Assembly: GCA_012270555.1 (NCBI GenBank)
Contig: JAAXIC010000030.1
Coordinates: 18,097 to 82,096 of the forward strand
Direction of reading: 5' to 3'
Source of the DNA: Chloroflexota bacterium
Lineage (GTDB): Bacteria > Chloroflexota > UBA11872 > VXOZ01
Length of the DNA: 64,000 nucleotides
Of this stretch, positions 45,968-57,899 are shown piece by piece. The position numbers and the translations under genes are program-made. Every line of letters starts with the position of its first letter. Position 1 is the stretch's first letter. The notes beneath the pieces are model-generated. The model had not been told where the DNA came from and made no database searches. It was given only the letters and a program-made list of their open reading frames with translations.

Positions 45968-46474
45968 TTACTCTACCGCGTCCTGTGAGGTACGATCACC
46001 TCTCGCGCGCGCTGAAGGAATACCCTCCGGTTCGGTGTCCGCCATCGCTTCAAGAAAGATCTGTACGCGCTCATGCAGTTGTTCGAGCCGTGTCCGTAGA
46101 TCAGTGAGCGACCGCACGGCATAGGCATCCGATTCCCGTTGAATCTCACTGGCTTGCTCTTCGGCTTCCTCCATGATTTGGCGCGCATTGTCTTCTGCCG
46201 CCCGGACTAACCCATGCTCGGAGAGTATTTCTTCTGCCTGCTCATGGGCGATAGCCACAATGCGCTCTGCCTCCAAGCGGGCTTGCTCGGGAATACGGCT
46301 GCGCTCCTGTAGCATGCGCCGCGCCTGTCGCACCTCATCCGGCACCGACATGCGCATTTGTGCGATGACGTCAAGGCACTCTTGCTCGTCCAGCATGATC
46401 TTATTGACAAAGGGTACCCGCTGGCCCGTATTGACCAGCGCCTCAAGACGTTCGATCAGCGCAAATATGTCCAT
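45968..46474 (-). CDS. Hypothetical coiled-coil protein
   Basis: 168 aa, charged heptad-rich (EQARLEAERIVAIAHEQAEEILSEH...). No recognisable catalytic motif. Codon usage is consistent with the neighbouring genes. Confidence 0.3.
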   Translation of the reverse strand: MDIFALIERLEALVNTGQRVPFVNKIMLDEQECLDVIAQMRMSVPDEVRQARRMLQERSRIPEQARLEAERIVAIAHEQAEEILSEHGLVRAAEDNARQIMEEAEEQASEIQRESDAYAVRSLTDLRTRLEQLHERVQIFLEAMADTEPEGIPSARARGDRTSQDAVE

Positions 46475-46557
46475 CCTGGATGCCCTTCTTATCCTCCACC
46501 CCTATCATGCGTTCATAGCAGCGCAAGCGCAACTGCATGAATGCACATAACGGGCAA

Positions 46558-47037
46558 TCATGCAGTTTGTACTTCGCGCAAGCGTGCCGCAACGACCTCC
46601 GGTACGAATGCGTCGACGTTGCCTCCCAGCTTCGCTACCTCCTTGACGAGGCTCGCACTCAAGAACGAGTACTTAACCGACGTCATGAGGCAAACCACTT
46701 CAAGATCAGGTCGCAGCTGTTGATACATTGCGGCAAGTTGAAACTCATACTCAAAGTCCGTTACCGCCCGCAAGCCGCGTACCAACACCTGGGCCCCAAG
46801 TTCATGCGCGCACTCCACTGTGAGATTTGCAAAGCTTCTGACCTGAACGTTTGGCCACTGCTTCACGGCGCTCGTAAGCATTCTCACTCGGTCTTCCAAT
46901 GAGAAGAGCACATCCTTCTTGGGATTGGCGTACACTCCAACAAACAGTGTATCGAATAGTCGGGACGCCCTGGCGATAATATCCATGTGTCCGTTTGTAA
47001 CCGGATCGAAGCTCCCAGGATAGAGCGCCGTGCGCAC
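46558..47037 (-). CDS. coaD: Phosphopantetheine adenylyltransferase
   Basis: 159 aa, ALYPGSFDPVTNGHMDII. Confidence 0.9.
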   Translation of the reverse strand: MRTALYPGSFDPVTNGHMDIIARASRLFDTLFVGVYANPKKDVLFSLEDRVRMLTSAVKQWPNVQVRSFANLTVECAHELGAQVLVRGLRAVTDFEYEFQLAAMYQQLRPDLEVVCLMTSVKYSFLSASLVKEVAKLGGNVDAFVPEVVAARLREVQTA

Positions 47038-47363
47038 GTTTTCCTCCGCCTTCCGCGTGCTAGTCGAACCACATTATATAGTAATCGAGTTACCGCGTCT
47101 TACTAAAGGCGCAACGTTGTTGGCAACTCGTGCTATCGCCAAGGGAAAGCAAATGCCACCCTTCTCTGCGCGGTATTCTACCAACGACAGATGAACATTA
47201 CAACTTCCAGAAATAGCATCCTCTCGGCTTAGCAGGTGTTAGTTCTCTTTTCGCTTTCATCCATTGCAGGGACCTCTGCTGTCTGCTATCCTAATGTATG
47301 GAAAGTCTTCTCTTTAAACCCGTCCCGCGAGGCAGGTAAGAGAGGTCCAGATATACTTGGATG

Positions 47364-47394
47364 CTTCTTGCCTGCGGGCAGGAAGTGTTTTTTT
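47364..47394 (+). terminator. Leader attenuator-type terminator (7-bp GC stem with one bulge plus a T7 run) 60 nt upstream of pyrR
   Basis: CTTCTTGCCTG-CGGG-CAGGAAG followed by TGTTTTTTT. No upstream plus-strand gene for it to terminate. An AGAGAGGTCCAGA purine-rich element lies just upstream (47340-47352). Confidence 0.5.
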
Positions 47395-47411
47395 CTGCCT
47401 CCGGCGCATAG

Positions 47412-48008
<597 letters not shown>

Positions 48009-48956
48009 ATGCCGCTAGAGCGCAAAGACCTCCTCGATTTGGACGACTTTTCGTCCGAGGAGATCACGCTCCTGCTGGAGACTACCGCCGCTATGACGGA
48101 GATCCTCTCCCGACCCATCCGGCGGGTGCCCACGCTGCGGGGCAAGACGATTGTCAATATGTTCTACGAGGCGAGCACGCGCACGCGTTCCTCTTTTGAA
48201 CTGGCAGCGAAAAACCTCTCCGCGGACTTAGTAAACGTGTCCGCCAGCCAGAGCAGCGTCGAAAAAGGCGAGTCGCTCATCGATACGATGCGCACTCTGC
48301 AAGCTCTCGGCGCCGACATGCTTGTAATGCGGCACTGGGAAGCCGGCGCGCCCTACCTAGCCGCGTCCTGGCTGCATGCCTCCGTGATCAATGCCGGCGA
48401 TGGCTGGCACGCGCACCCCAGCCAGGCGCTGCTCGACCTCTACACGGTTCAGGAACGACGGGGCGCAATCGAAGGACTGAAACTCGTAATCGTGGGGGAC
48501 ATCCTGCATAGCCGCGTGGCGCGCTCCAATCTCTGGGGCTTTGGCAAGATGGGCGCACGGGTCGTGCTCTGCGGGCCACCAACCCTCGTGACCCCGGACA
48601 TCTTGGGAATCGCAGAGAACTTGCCTTGGGTGACGATTTCGTACGATCTCGATGAGGCGATTGCGGATGCCGACGTGGTGATGATGCTGCGCTTGCAGCG
48701 CGAGCGCATGGCGAGCGGGCTTCTGCCTTCTCTTCGAGAATACGCCGCTCGTTTCGGACTGACGCAGAAGCGCATGCGGCGCGCGCGTCCCAACGCACTC
48801 ATCATGCACCCCGGACCGATGAACCAAGGCGTGGAGATTACGCCCGAGCTAGCCTACAGTGAGCAGGCCGTCATCGAGGATCAGGTCGCGAATGGCGTAG
48901 CGGTGCGCATGGCCATCTTCTATCTCCTCGCAGGCACATCGGAGCGCATTGCATGA
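48009..48956 (+). CDS. pyrB: Aspartate carbamoyltransferase catalytic subunit
   Basis: 315 aa, STRTR and HPSQALLD (HPxQ) motifs. Confidence 0.9.
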   Translation: MPLERKDLLDLDDFSSEEITLLLETTAAMTEILSRPIRRVPTLRGKTIVNMFYEASTRTRSSFELAAKNLSADLVNVSASQSSVEKGESLIDTMRTLQALGADMLVMRHWEAGAPYLAASWLHASVINAGDGWHAHPSQALLDLYTVQERRGAIEGLKLVIVGDILHSRVARSNLWGFGKMGARVVLCGPPTLVTPDILGIAENLPWVTISYDLDEAIADADVVMMLRLQRERMASGLLPSLREYAARFGLTQKRMRRARPNALIMHPGPMNQGVEITPELAYSEQAVIEDQVANGVAVRMAIFYLLAGTSERIA

Positions 48957-50296
48957 GCGAGAGCTGGTTGATACAGGGAGCGCGGGTGCTCGATCCGGCA
49001 AACGGTCTCGACGCGGTTCGGGACGTGCATATCGTGGACGGCAAGATAGCACGTGTTGCAGAGTCAATCGCTCCCGAAGGACTTCTCGTTGTCAACGCAA
49101 ACGGCCTCGTGCTGACACCGGGTTTCGTGGACTTGCATTGCCACCTGCGTGAGCCGGGTTTTGAATACAAGGAGACCGTCGCTACCGGCACGCGCGCGGC
49201 GGTGCAAGGCGGCTTCACCACAGTCTGCAGTATGGCGAATACCGATCCGGTGGTGGATACTCCCGCAACGGTGGCCTTCATCCTAGAGCGCGCCAAGGAC
49301 GCCGCAGCCGCGCGCGTCTATCCCCTCGCTGCCGTCACGCAAGGCTTTGGCGGCACGCAACTCGTGGAAATGGCAGCCCTGTCAGATGCGGGCGTCGTTG
49401 CCTTCTCCGACGATGGTCTGCCGATAGCCGACGCTCGCATGATGCGTCACGCCCTTGAATACAGTCTCCTTGTAGGCAAACCAATCGTGAACCATTGTGA
49501 AGATCCCGCGCTGGCGCACGGCGGTGTCATGAACGAAGGACTGACTTCATTGCGGCTCGGTCTGCGCGGCATGCCGGCGGAAGCTGAGGAAACCATGGTG
49601 GCGCGCGACGCGCTGCTGGCCCGCCGCACCGGGGCGCACGTTCACATCGCTCACGTCTCCACGCAAGGCAGCGTAGAGATCATCCGCGCGGCGAAGCAGC
49701 AAGGTATTCGCATTACCGCAGAAGTAACGCCCCACCATCTCACGCTTACCGATTCGCTCGTTGCTCAGAGATTGCACGCAGGCAAAGGCACGGGCTTTGC
49801 TTACGACACGCACGCCAAAGTCAAGCCGCCTCTCCGTACCGAGGCTGACATTAAGGCCCTCGTCGAGGGTCTCAACGACGGCACTATAGACGCGATTGCC
49901 ACCGACCACGCGCCCCACAGCACGACCGATAAGCTCTGTGAATTCAGCGATGCGGAGTCGGGCATCTCGTGTCTTGAGACGGCATTTTCGCAGGCATATC
50001 AGCTAGTGCAAGACGGCAGGATTACGCTGCAAACGCTCATCAGCAAGCTGACAGTGGAACCCTCGCACGTATTCAGCTTGCGAACGGGCACGCTTTCCCC
50101 TGGAGCACCAGCAGACATAGCCCTTCTTGATCTCGAAGGTACATGGACTGTCAATCCGAGCGCGTTTGCGTCGAAAGGCAAGAACACGCCCATTGCCGGG
50201 ACGACTCTCCCCGGTAGGGTGGCGTTGACGTTTGTAGACGGCCGGCCGGTACACATCGCTGACGGTTACGAGGAAAGAGGTGCTACACAGACGTGA
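48953..50296 (+). CDS. pyrC: Dihydroorotase (amidohydrolase family)
   Basis: 447 aa, PGFVDLHCHLREPG metal-binding motif, overlapping the pyrB stop. Confidence 0.85.
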   Translation: MSESWLIQGARVLDPANGLDAVRDVHIVDGKIARVAESIAPEGLLVVNANGLVLTPGFVDLHCHLREPGFEYKETVATGTRAAVQGGFTTVCSMANTDPVVDTPATVAFILERAKDAAAARVYPLAAVTQGFGGTQLVEMAALSDAGVVAFSDDGLPIADARMMRHALEYSLLVGKPIVNHCEDPALAHGGVMNEGLTSLRLGLRGMPAEAEETMVARDALLARRTGAHVHIAHVSTQGSVEIIRAAKQQGIRITAEVTPHHLTLTDSLVAQRLHAGKGTGFAYDTHAKVKPPLRTEADIKALVEGLNDGTIDAIATDHAPHSTTDKLCEFSDAESGISCLETAFSQAYQLVQDGRITLQTLISKLTVEPSHVFSLRTGTLSPGAPADIALLDLEGTWTVNPSAFASKGKNTPIAGTTLPGRVALTFVDGRPVHIADGYEERGATQT

Positions 50297-51498
50297 CGGA
50301 CGTACCCAACCATCCCCATGCCCTGCTCGCCCTGGAAGACGGCAAAGTCTTCTTTGGCCGGGCTTTTGGGTCGGCTAAAGACGCCGCCGGTGAACTGTGC
50401 TTCAACACAAGCATGACCGGCTATCAGGAAATCTGTACCGACCCGTCCTATCGGGGGCAGATCGTTACCCTAACCTACCCGCTCATCAACAACTACGGCG
50501 TCACGCCGGTTGATATGGAGTCGGTACATCCCTGGCTGTCCGGTCTTGTCGTGCGTGAACTCTGTGCGCACCCGAGCAACTGGCGCGCCACACAGGAACT
50601 CGACGAGTTCCTGGCAAACAACAATATCCCCGGCATCTACGGACTGGATACACGCGCCATTACGCAGCACCTGCGCACGTACGGTTTCAAACGCGCCGTG
50701 CTCGCGGTGGCGCCGCCGGACGTGTTGCCGGAAGAAGCGCGCGATCCCTTTCTGTGGTCGAGCGGACGCACGCCGGGAATCGAAGCGTATGTGAACGACT
50801 GCATAGCCCGCGCACAACACGTAACGCCACTATCCGACCACGACGTGGTCGGTGAAGTATCGGTGAACACAGGGAAGTACACGGCCCACGCGCCTTGGCA
50901 GCCGTGGCCGCTGCCTCAGCAAACTGCCGCGCAAAAACGCGTCGTTTTCATTGACACCGGCGGCAAGCATAACATCGCGCACTCGCTGACCAGTCGGGGC
51001 GCCGAGGTTGTGTGGGTGCCGTACGGCACCCGGTACGAGGAGATTCGCGATATGGACCCGGCCGGAGTAGTGGTGTGCAACGGACCCGGCGACCCGGAAG
51101 TCGACGCGGTTGCCGCGACGGTCGCAACCACAGCGAAGCTCATGCAACGCTATCCGCTGCTGGGCATCTGCCTGGGACACCAGATCATCGCGCTCGCGGC
51201 AGGCGCCCGGACAAGTCGCCTGAAGTTCGGTCACCGCGGCGCCAACCATCCCGTGCAGGACATCGAAAGCGGCAAAGTGCACATCACCACGCAGAATCAT
51301 GGCTTCCAGGTTGACGCAGCCAGTATCCCGGAGAATTCCGGCTTCCGCGTAAGCCACATCAGTCTGAACGATGGTTCTGTGGAAGGCCTCCGCCACCACG
51401 ACCTGCCGGTATTGAGCGTGCAGTACCACCCCGAGGCCTGCCCCGGCCCCCAAGACAACCAATACATCTTCGACGAATTCACAGAGCTCATTTCATGA
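50293..51498 (+). CDS. carA: Carbamoyl-phosphate synthase small (glutamine amidotransferase) subunit
   Basis: 401 aa, class I amidotransferase GICLGHQ catalytic Cys. Confidence 0.9.
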   Translation: MTDVPNHPHALLALEDGKVFFGRAFGSAKDAAGELCFNTSMTGYQEICTDPSYRGQIVTLTYPLINNYGVTPVDMESVHPWLSGLVVRELCAHPSNWRATQELDEFLANNNIPGIYGLDTRAITQHLRTYGFKRAVLAVAPPDVLPEEARDPFLWSSGRTPGIEAYVNDCIARAQHVTPLSDHDVVGEVSVNTGKYTAHAPWQPWPLPQQTAAQKRVVFIDTGGKHNIAHSLTSRGAEVVWVPYGTRYEEIRDMDPAGVVVCNGPGDPEVDAVAATVATTAKLMQRYPLLGICLGHQIIALAAGARTSRLKFGHRGANHPVQDIESGKVHITTQNHGFQVDAASIPENSGFRVSHISLNDGSVEGLRHHDLPVLSVQYHPEACPGPQDNQYIFDEFTELIS

Positions 51499-54400
51499 CA
51501 GATAGACCGTCCAAAGTGCTCATCGTCGGTTCGGGCCCGATCATTATCGGCCAGGCCGCCGAATTCGACTACGCCGGTACGCAGGCATGCAAAGCCATGC
51601 GCGAAGAGGGCATAACCTCGATCCTCGTCAACTCCAATCCCGCCACGATCATGACCGATGAGGACATTGCCGATGTCGTGTACATCGAGCCGCTCACGGT
51701 GCCGGTCATCGAGCGCATCATCGCGCGCGAGCAGCCCGACGGGCTCATCCCTACCCTCGGCGGGCAGACCGGTCTCAACCTGGCCGTAGCTCTTGCCGAC
51801 GCCGGTGTGCTCGACAAATACGGCGTGCAACTGCTGGGCACCCCGCTTTCGGCAATCCAGAAAGCGGAAGACCGGGAACTCTTCCGCCAGACCATGACCG
51901 AGATCGGCGAGCCCATCCCCGCCAGCAGGACCGTCAATTCGGTACAAGAAGCCGAGAAATTCGTAGAGGAAATCAGGCTGCCGGTCGTCATTCGTCCTGC
52001 CTACACGCTTGGCGGCACCGGCGGCGGCATCGCACACACACCGGACGAACTGCGCACCGTGGTAGCGGGTGGTCTCTCCGCCAGCCCCATCACCCAAGTG
52101 CTGGTGGAAGAGTACTTGCTGGGCTGGAAAGAAGTCGAATACGAAGTCATGCGTGATAGCGCCGACAACTGCATCACCGTCTGCAACATGGAGAACATCG
52201 ATCCTATGGGCGTGCATACCGGTGATTCCATCGTTATCGCGCCCAGCCAGACTTTGAGCGACCGCGAATACCAAATGCTCCGCACCGCCTCTCTCAACAT
52301 CATCCGGTCTCTGGGCATCGAGGGGGGCTGTAACGTGCAGTTGGCGCTGGACCCGCATTCGTTCGCCTATCGCGTCATTGAAGTGAATCCCCGCGTCAGC
52401 CGTTCATCGGCGCTCGCCTCCAAAGCCACCGGCTACCCAATTGCGCGCATGGCGGCAAAGATCGCCATCGGCCGTACCCTCGACAAGCTGCCAAATCCCA
52501 TTACGCAAAGAACAACCGCCGCTTTCGAACCGGCCCTCGACTACGTTGTTGCCAAGATCCCGCGTTGGCCTTTCGACAAGTTTCCGTCGGGAGACCGCGT
52601 ACTCGGCACGCAGATGAAGTCCACCGGTGAGGTAATGGCGATTGACCGCACGCTGGAAGCGGCCTTACAGAAAGCGGTGCGCGGACTTGAAATCGGCGAC
52701 CGCAGCCTCATGTGGGAAGACGAACAATGGCAACGCGACCCGGAAGCCGTCTGGCAACACATCACCGAGGCCAGCGATCTGCGCATTTGGGCGATTATGT
52801 GCGCGCTTAGGCGAGGGACAAGCGTGGCAGAACTGGCGCGCCGCTCCCACATCGACACCTTCTTCCTCGAAAAGCTTGCCGGCATTCGCGACATGGAGCA
52901 ACGTCTGCTCACTGAGTCGCTGACGCCCGGCTTGCTGTGGGAGGCGAAACGTCTGGGCTTCGCCGATTCCCAAATCGGTACGCTGGCTGATGTTCTCCCT
53001 GCCCGCGTGCGCGAAATGCGGAAGCAATGGGGCATCGTGCCGGTCTACAAAATGGTCGACACCTGCGCCGCTGAATTTGAAGCACAAACGCCGTACTTCT
53101 ACAGCACCTACGAGATTGAGAACGATGCGCCCTCCCTGACGGCGGAGAGAGCCGCCGTGGTCGGCTCCGGGCCAATCCGCATCGGCCAAGGCATCGAGTT
53201 CGACTATTGTTCCGTGCACGCTGCGTGGGCGCTCGCTAGCGCCGGTGTGCAAAGCATAATGGTAAACAGCAATCCGGAGACAGTTTCCACTGATTTTGAC
53301 ACCTCCGACCGCCTCTATTTCGAACCGCTTGACACTGAGAGCGTCCTGAACGTCCTCGACAACGAAGGCGTGCCGCCAACCATCGTACAGTTCGGCGGAC
53401 AGACGGCCATCAACTTAGCCGAACCGCTGACACTGGAAAACGTCGCGCTTGCGGGGAGCGGCGTCTCCGCAATCGATCTGGCTGAAGACCGGCGCAAATT
53501 CGAGGCGTTCCTGGACCGGCTTGGCATACCTCAGCCGCCCGGCGCTGCCGTCACCAACGTCGAAGACGCCCTCTCGATTGCCTCGAACATCGGCTATCCG
53601 GTGCTGGTGCGGCCTTCCTATGTGCTCGGTGGCCGCGCCATGGAGATTGTGAATACGCCGGAAGACCTCAAGAGCTACGTGGCAACCGCCGTGCAGCTTT
53701 CGACGCGCCATCCGGTCTTGGTGGACAAGTATCTCCAAGGCAAGGAAGTCGAGGTGGACGCGATCTGCGACGGCAAAGACGTGCTCATCCCCGGCATCAT
53801 GGAGCACATCGAGCGTGCCGGCGTGCACTCCGGCGATAGCTTCGCGGTCTATCCGCCCCGAGACTTGCATGGCCACATTGAACAGACCATCGTGGACTAC
53901 ACGACGCGCATTTGCTTGGAATTGGGAGTCTTGGGACTGGTGAATATCCAATACGTGATCTTCCAAGACGAGGTGTTCGTGCTCGAAGTAAATCCCCGTT
54001 CCAGCCGCACCGTGCCCTTCCTCAGCAAGGTTACCGAAGTGCCGATGGTGCGCCTGGCGACGCTGACGATGCTTGGCAAGTCACTGGCCGAAATGGGCTT
54101 CGCTGGCGGACTGTGGCCGAATCAGCCGTTGGTGGCCGTAAAGGCGCCGGTCTTTAGCATGGCAAAGCTCCGGGGGGTGGAAACGTCAGTAGGTCCAGAG
54201 ATGAAGTCTACCGGTGAGGTCATGGGGGTTGACGTCACATTCGAGGCGGCGCTGTACAAGGCCATGGTTGCTTCCGGGCTCAATGTCCCTGCCGGCGGCA
54301 CGTTTCTTCTTTCCATCGCGGATGCGGACAAAGACGCTATCCGACCCATCGTTCGTCAGCTTGCCGCTGCCGGGTACAACTTCATGGCTACCGAGGGCAC

Positions 54401-54695
54401 CGCTACGATGCTGGAATCTATGGGCATTCCGGTGCGCATGATAAGCAAGCGTTTGCAAGGCACGCCCAACGTGGTCTCAGTGATCCGGGATGGGGAGGTG
54501 CAAGCCGTCATCAACTCGCTGACGGGCGGCCGCGCGGTACTGCAAGACGGCTTCTACATCCGCCGCGCGGCGGTAGAAATGCAGATTCCCTGCCTCACGT
54601 CGCTGGATACCTCGCGCGCCCTGGCAACCGCCCTATCGCTGCAGCAGGACGCGTATCTGGTGCAGCCGCTGTGCGCGTACAGGGATGACCGCTAA
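51495..54695 (+). CDS. carB: Carbamoyl-phosphate synthase large subunit
   Basis: 1066 aa, duplicated ATP-grasp halves, [25 protein letters not shown]. Confidence 0.95.
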   Translation: MTDRPSKVLIVGSGPIIIGQAAEFDYAGTQACKAMREEGITSILVNSNPATIMTDEDIADVVYIEPLTVPVIERIIAREQPDGLIPTLGGQTGLNLAVALADAGVLDKYGVQLLGTPLSAIQKAEDRELFRQTMTEIGEPIPASRTVNSVQEAEKFVEEIRLPVVIRPAYTLGGTGGGIAHTPDELRTVVAGGLSASPITQVLVEEYLLGWKEVEYEVMRDSADNCITVCNMENIDPMGVHTGDSIVIAPSQTLSDREYQMLRTASLNIIRSLGIEGGCNVQLALDPHSFAYRVIEVNPRVSRSSALASKATGYPIARMAAKIAIGRTLDKLPNPITQRTTAAFEPALDYVVAKIPRWPFDKFPSGDRVLGTQMKSTGEVMAIDRTLEAALQKAVRGLEIGDRSLMWEDEQWQRDPEAVWQHITEASDLRIWAIMCALRRGTSVAELARRSHIDTFFLEKLAGIRDMEQRLLTESLTPGLLWEAKRLGFADSQIGTLADVLPARVREMRKQWGIVPVYKMVDTCAAEFEAQTPYFYSTYEIENDAPSLTAERAAVVGSGPIRIGQGIEFDYCSVHAAWALASAGVQSIMVNSNPETVSTDFDTSDRLYFEPLDTESVLNVLDNEGVPPTIVQFGGQTAINLAEPLTLENVALAGSGVSAIDLAEDRRKFEAFLDRLGIPQPPGAAVTNVEDALSIASNIGYPVLVRPSYVLGGRAMEIVNTPEDLKSYVATAVQLSTRHPVLVDKYLQGKEVEVDAICDGKDVLIPGIMEHIERAGVHSGDSFAVYPPRDLHGHIEQTIVDYTTRICLELGVLGLVNIQYVIFQDEVFVLEVNPRSSRTVPFLSKVTEVPMVRLATLTMLGKSLAEMGFAGGLWPNQPLVAVKAPVFSMAKLRGVETSVGPEMKSTGEVMGVDVTFEAALYKAMVASGLNVPAGGTFLLSIADADKDAIRPIVRQLAAAGYNFMATEGTATMLESMGIPVRMISKRLQGTPNVVSVIRDGEVQAVINSLTGGRAVLQDGFYIRRAAVEMQIPCLTSLDTSRALATALSLQQDAYLVQPLCAYRDDR

Positions 54696-54756
54696 GGCCG
54701 CTTGACAGTCGTGACCCTTGCGTTCTGGTCTTACAAACGAAAGTCGAATGTGAACC

Positions 54757-55596
54757 ATGAGCGTGGTCCAAGAGATAGCCAAGGTCGTATCAAACGAACC
54801 CGTCACGGACGGGCTGCTTGTCATTCGCTTGCATTCGCCGGAGATTGCTAGGCAGTGCCAACCCGCGCAATTCGTCCACGTGCGCTGCGGCGACGGTATT
54901 GATCCCCTGCTACTGCGTCCTTTCAGCATGCTCACCGTTGATCGCGCAGCCGGGACGCTCGACATTCTTTACCAAGTCGTCGGGCATGGCACAGAAATCC
55001 TCAAGAACCGACGGCCCGGGGAGAAAATCCTGCAGCTTGGGCCGTTGGGAAAGACCTTCTCCACCCCGCCTAACCCGGGCAATTTGCTGATGGTAGGCGG
55101 CGGCATTGGCATCGCGCCGCTGGTCTTCTTGGCGGAAACGATGATACCGCGAGGCTACACGGTGACTCTGCTGGCCGGCGCCCGCACTGCCGCGCGCCAC
55201 CTACCGGCTGTGTTCGTACCGCCAGAGGTTGAGTACGTGCTGGCAACTGACGACGGTTCTGCGGGCTATCACGGGCCGGTGACCGACCTCATTGCGGACT
55301 ACTACCTCTGGAGCGACGCCGTCTACATTTGCGGCCCTTGGCCCATGCTGACGTCCATCGATGCCGCGTATCAGGCGCGAAGCTGGGGATGGCACAGCAA
55401 GAAGCCCATCCAGGTATCACTGGAGAACCAGATGGGCTGCGCGATGGGCGTCTGTCTTGGCTGCGTGGTCACGACGCCGCGCGGCTACCAGCGAGTGTGC
55501 CGCGACGGCCCAGTATTTGCATTGAGCGAATTGCACCAGGAAATCGCTTCCCGACCAGGACACGCCAGCCAGTCGAGCCATTCTGTGGGTCCATAA
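54757..55596 (+). CDS. pyrK: Dihydroorotate dehydrogenase electron-transfer subunit
   Basis: 279 aa, FAD/NAD-binding fold and C-terminal 2Fe-2S motif CAMGVCLGCVV. Confidence 0.8.
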   Translation: MSVVQEIAKVVSNEPVTDGLLVIRLHSPEIARQCQPAQFVHVRCGDGIDPLLLRPFSMLTVDRAAGTLDILYQVVGHGTEILKNRRPGEKILQLGPLGKTFSTPPNPGNLLMVGGGIGIAPLVFLAETMIPRGYTVTLLAGARTAARHLPAVFVPPEVEYVLATDDGSAGYHGPVTDLIADYYLWSDAVYICGPWPMLTSIDAAYQARSWGWHSKKPIQVSLENQMGCAMGVCLGCVVTTPRGYQRVCRDGPVFALSELHQEIASRPGHASQSSHSVGP

Positions 55597-55638
55597 TTGT
55601 CTTGGCAAAGCTCCCGCCTGCCGCAGTCAATGCCTGGC

Positions 55639-56742
55639 CTACGGCGAGAACTTCAAACAAACAGGCGTCGGCACGGAGGCAACGTGTCCCGTGGGTGTAA
55701 GCGTTCCGGTTTCGGCATCGATGCGGAACGTGACAATGGTATCGGTGTCTTGATTGGCCGCCAACAAGAACGTGCTCGTAGGATCGATCACGAAGTTACG
55801 CGGCACCTCACCCAGCGTGGACTGGTGCCCGACGAGACTAAGCGTGCCATCCGCTGCGTTCACCGCATAGATGACGATACTGTCATGCCCGCGATTGGAG
55901 CCGTAGACAAATCTCCCATTCGGGTGAACGTGCACGTCGGCGGTATGGCTGGTTTCCGTGAAGCCCGGCGGCAGCGTGGGAATGGTCTGGAGTTCGCTCA
56001 ATGCGCCCCGCTCCTGGTCATAGGCAAAGACCGTCATGGTATTGCCGATTTCGTTGATCACGTAAACGACGCGGCCGTTGGGATGGAAGTCGAGATGGCG
56101 GGGCCCAGCGCCGGGATGAACAGTTGCAAATGGCGGATCGTTGGACCGCAGCGCCCCCTGCTCAAGATCGAGTCCGTAAACGAGCACCTGGTCAAGACCC
56201 AAGTCGCAGGCCAAAGCGAACTTATTCGCCGGGTCCGGCGTGAATGAGTGCGCATGCGGCTCGCCTTGGCGATCGGGGTTTACGCTGGAGCCGACATGCT
56301 GCACCCAATCTGTCGGAGGCCCCAGACTTCCGTCTTGCTCGATCGGCAGTATTGCCACACTGCCACCCGTGTAATTCGCCGTGATAGCATACTGCCCCGT
56401 CTGCTCCACGCTCACGTGACAAGGACCCGCGCCCTGCGAAGGCTGCCGATTAAGAAATGTGAGAACGCCTGTCTCGTGGTCCACCGCATACGCGCTCATC
56501 GCGCCTCCGGCGTGGCCGTCGATCTCCGGCACGGCATTCACGGCATACAGGCAGGGCAATTCCGGATGCAGCGTCAGAAATGACGGGTTCGGTACGTCCG
56601 GCACGCTATGCACCAACTCGATAGCGCCGCTGGTCATGTCCATACGGCAAACGTAGATTCCTTCGGCACCGCCACCAAGTTCCGTGGCTCCCGTGAACGT
56701 GCCGACGTAAATGAACCGTGTGTCTGCAATTCGTGCACTCAT
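55639..56742 (-). CDS. pgl: 6-phosphogluconolactonase, 7-bladed beta-propeller lactonase family
   Basis: 367 aa; repeated HPNGRFVY/HPNGRVVYV blocks. Confidence 0.75.
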   Translation of the reverse strand: MSARIADTRFIYVGTFTGATELGGGAEGIYVCRMDMTSGAIELVHSVPDVPNPSFLTLHPELPCLYAVNAVPEIDGHAGGAMSAYAVDHETGVLTFLNRQPSQGAGPCHVSVEQTGQYAITANYTGGSVAILPIEQDGSLGPPTDWVQHVGSSVNPDRQGEPHAHSFTPDPANKFALACDLGLDQVLVYGLDLEQGALRSNDPPFATVHPGAGPRHLDFHPNGRVVYVINEIGNTMTVFAYDQERGALSELQTIPTLPPGFTETSHTADVHVHPNGRFVYGSNRGHDSIVIYAVNAADGTLSLVGHQSTLGEVPRNFVIDPTSTFLLAANQDTDTIVTFRIDAETGTLTPTGHVASVPTPVCLKFSP

Positions 56743-56853
56743 AGTACTTGCTCTTCGTCCTTTTGCCAGCGTTACTTAAGATGATCTGTGATTCGCAATC
56801 CTACTGCTAACGACCTCAAGGGCCTTGCCAACACTTGTGCTGGACTTCACGTC

Positions 56854-57768
56854 TCATTTGCTGCGGAGGAGGGCCTCTAGCGCAGCCTCTATCCTAGGAT
56901 ACCGAAATTCAAACCCGGCTTCAGTCAAACGCGTCGGCAGCGCGCGTTGTCCGTGCAACACAACGTCGGCCATTTCGCCCATGCCCAGACGAATCACCCA
57001 GGAAGGTACGCGGAACAGCGACGGACGCCTCAACGTCAATCCCACGGCACTGGCAAAATCTGAAAACTGCACGGGATTGGGCGCACTGACGTTTACAGGC
57101 CCGGACAGTTCCTCGTGTGCGATTACGAACTCCATCGTCCGTACGGTATCTGCAATGTGAATCCAGGGCACCCACTGGCGGCCGCTGCCCAGAGCGCCGC
57201 CTGCAAAGAACCGAAAGGGCAATACCACACGCGGCAGCATGCCGCCTTCCGCGCTGAGCGAAACACCCAAGCGCAGCACCACCCGCCGCGTCCCAACCTC
57301 CTCAACCGCCGCCGAAGCCTGTTCCCACTCTTGGGATAGATCTGCAAGGAAACCGACTCCCGGCGCATGCTGCTCGTCAACCTCCTCGTCCTCAGTATCT
57401 CCGTAGTAGCCCACCGCGGAGGCTTGGAGCAGCACTGCCGGCTTTTGCGGTGCAGCGCGTATGGCGGCCACGATGCCGTGCGTCGACCGTATGCGGCTGT
57501 CGCGCAAGCGCCGCTTCTGCGCGTAGGTCCAGCGCCGGCTGGCAATGCCTTCCCCGGCAAGGTTCACCACTGCGTGGGCTCCATCAACCAGATGTTCCCA
57601 CCCCTCGCTGCTGCTACCATCCCAGCCGGCAGCGTCGGCGCCCTCGGGCAGGCCTGTCACCGTATGCGGCTGCCGGCTCAGGACGACAACCGCGTAGCCT
57701 TGCGCGCAAAGATGCTGGGTCAAAGCACGGCCAATCAACCCGCTGCCACCGGCGATAATGACACGCAT
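56854..57768 (-). CDS. TIGR01777-family NAD-dependent epimerase/dehydratase (YfcH-like)
   Basis: 304 aa, MRVIIAGGSGLIGRAL, C-terminal DUF1731-like region. Confidence 0.8.
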   Translation of the reverse strand: MRVIIAGGSGLIGRALTQHLCAQGYAVVVLSRQPHTVTGLPEGADAAGWDGSSSEGWEHLVDGAHAVVNLAGEGIASRRWTYAQKRRLRDSRIRSTHGIVAAIRAAPQKPAVLLQASAVGYYGDTEDEEVDEQHAPGVGFLADLSQEWEQASAAVEEVGTRRVVLRLGVSLSAEGGMLPRVVLPFRFFAGGALGSGRQWVPWIHIADTVRTMEFVIAHEELSGPVNVSAPNPVQFSDFASAVGLTLRRPSLFRVPSWVIRLGMGEMADVVLHGQRALPTRLTEAGFEFRYPRIEAALEALLRSK

Positions 57769-57899
57769 GTTAGCCTCTCCCTCTGTTTCGTCCAGCCCGT
57801 TTTATCTGCGGCAACGAAGCGCCTTTCTCCCCGTCATTACTGGCATGAGAGCGTCTACCACATTGAGGCCGACATCCTGAATCTGGTATAATACATAGT

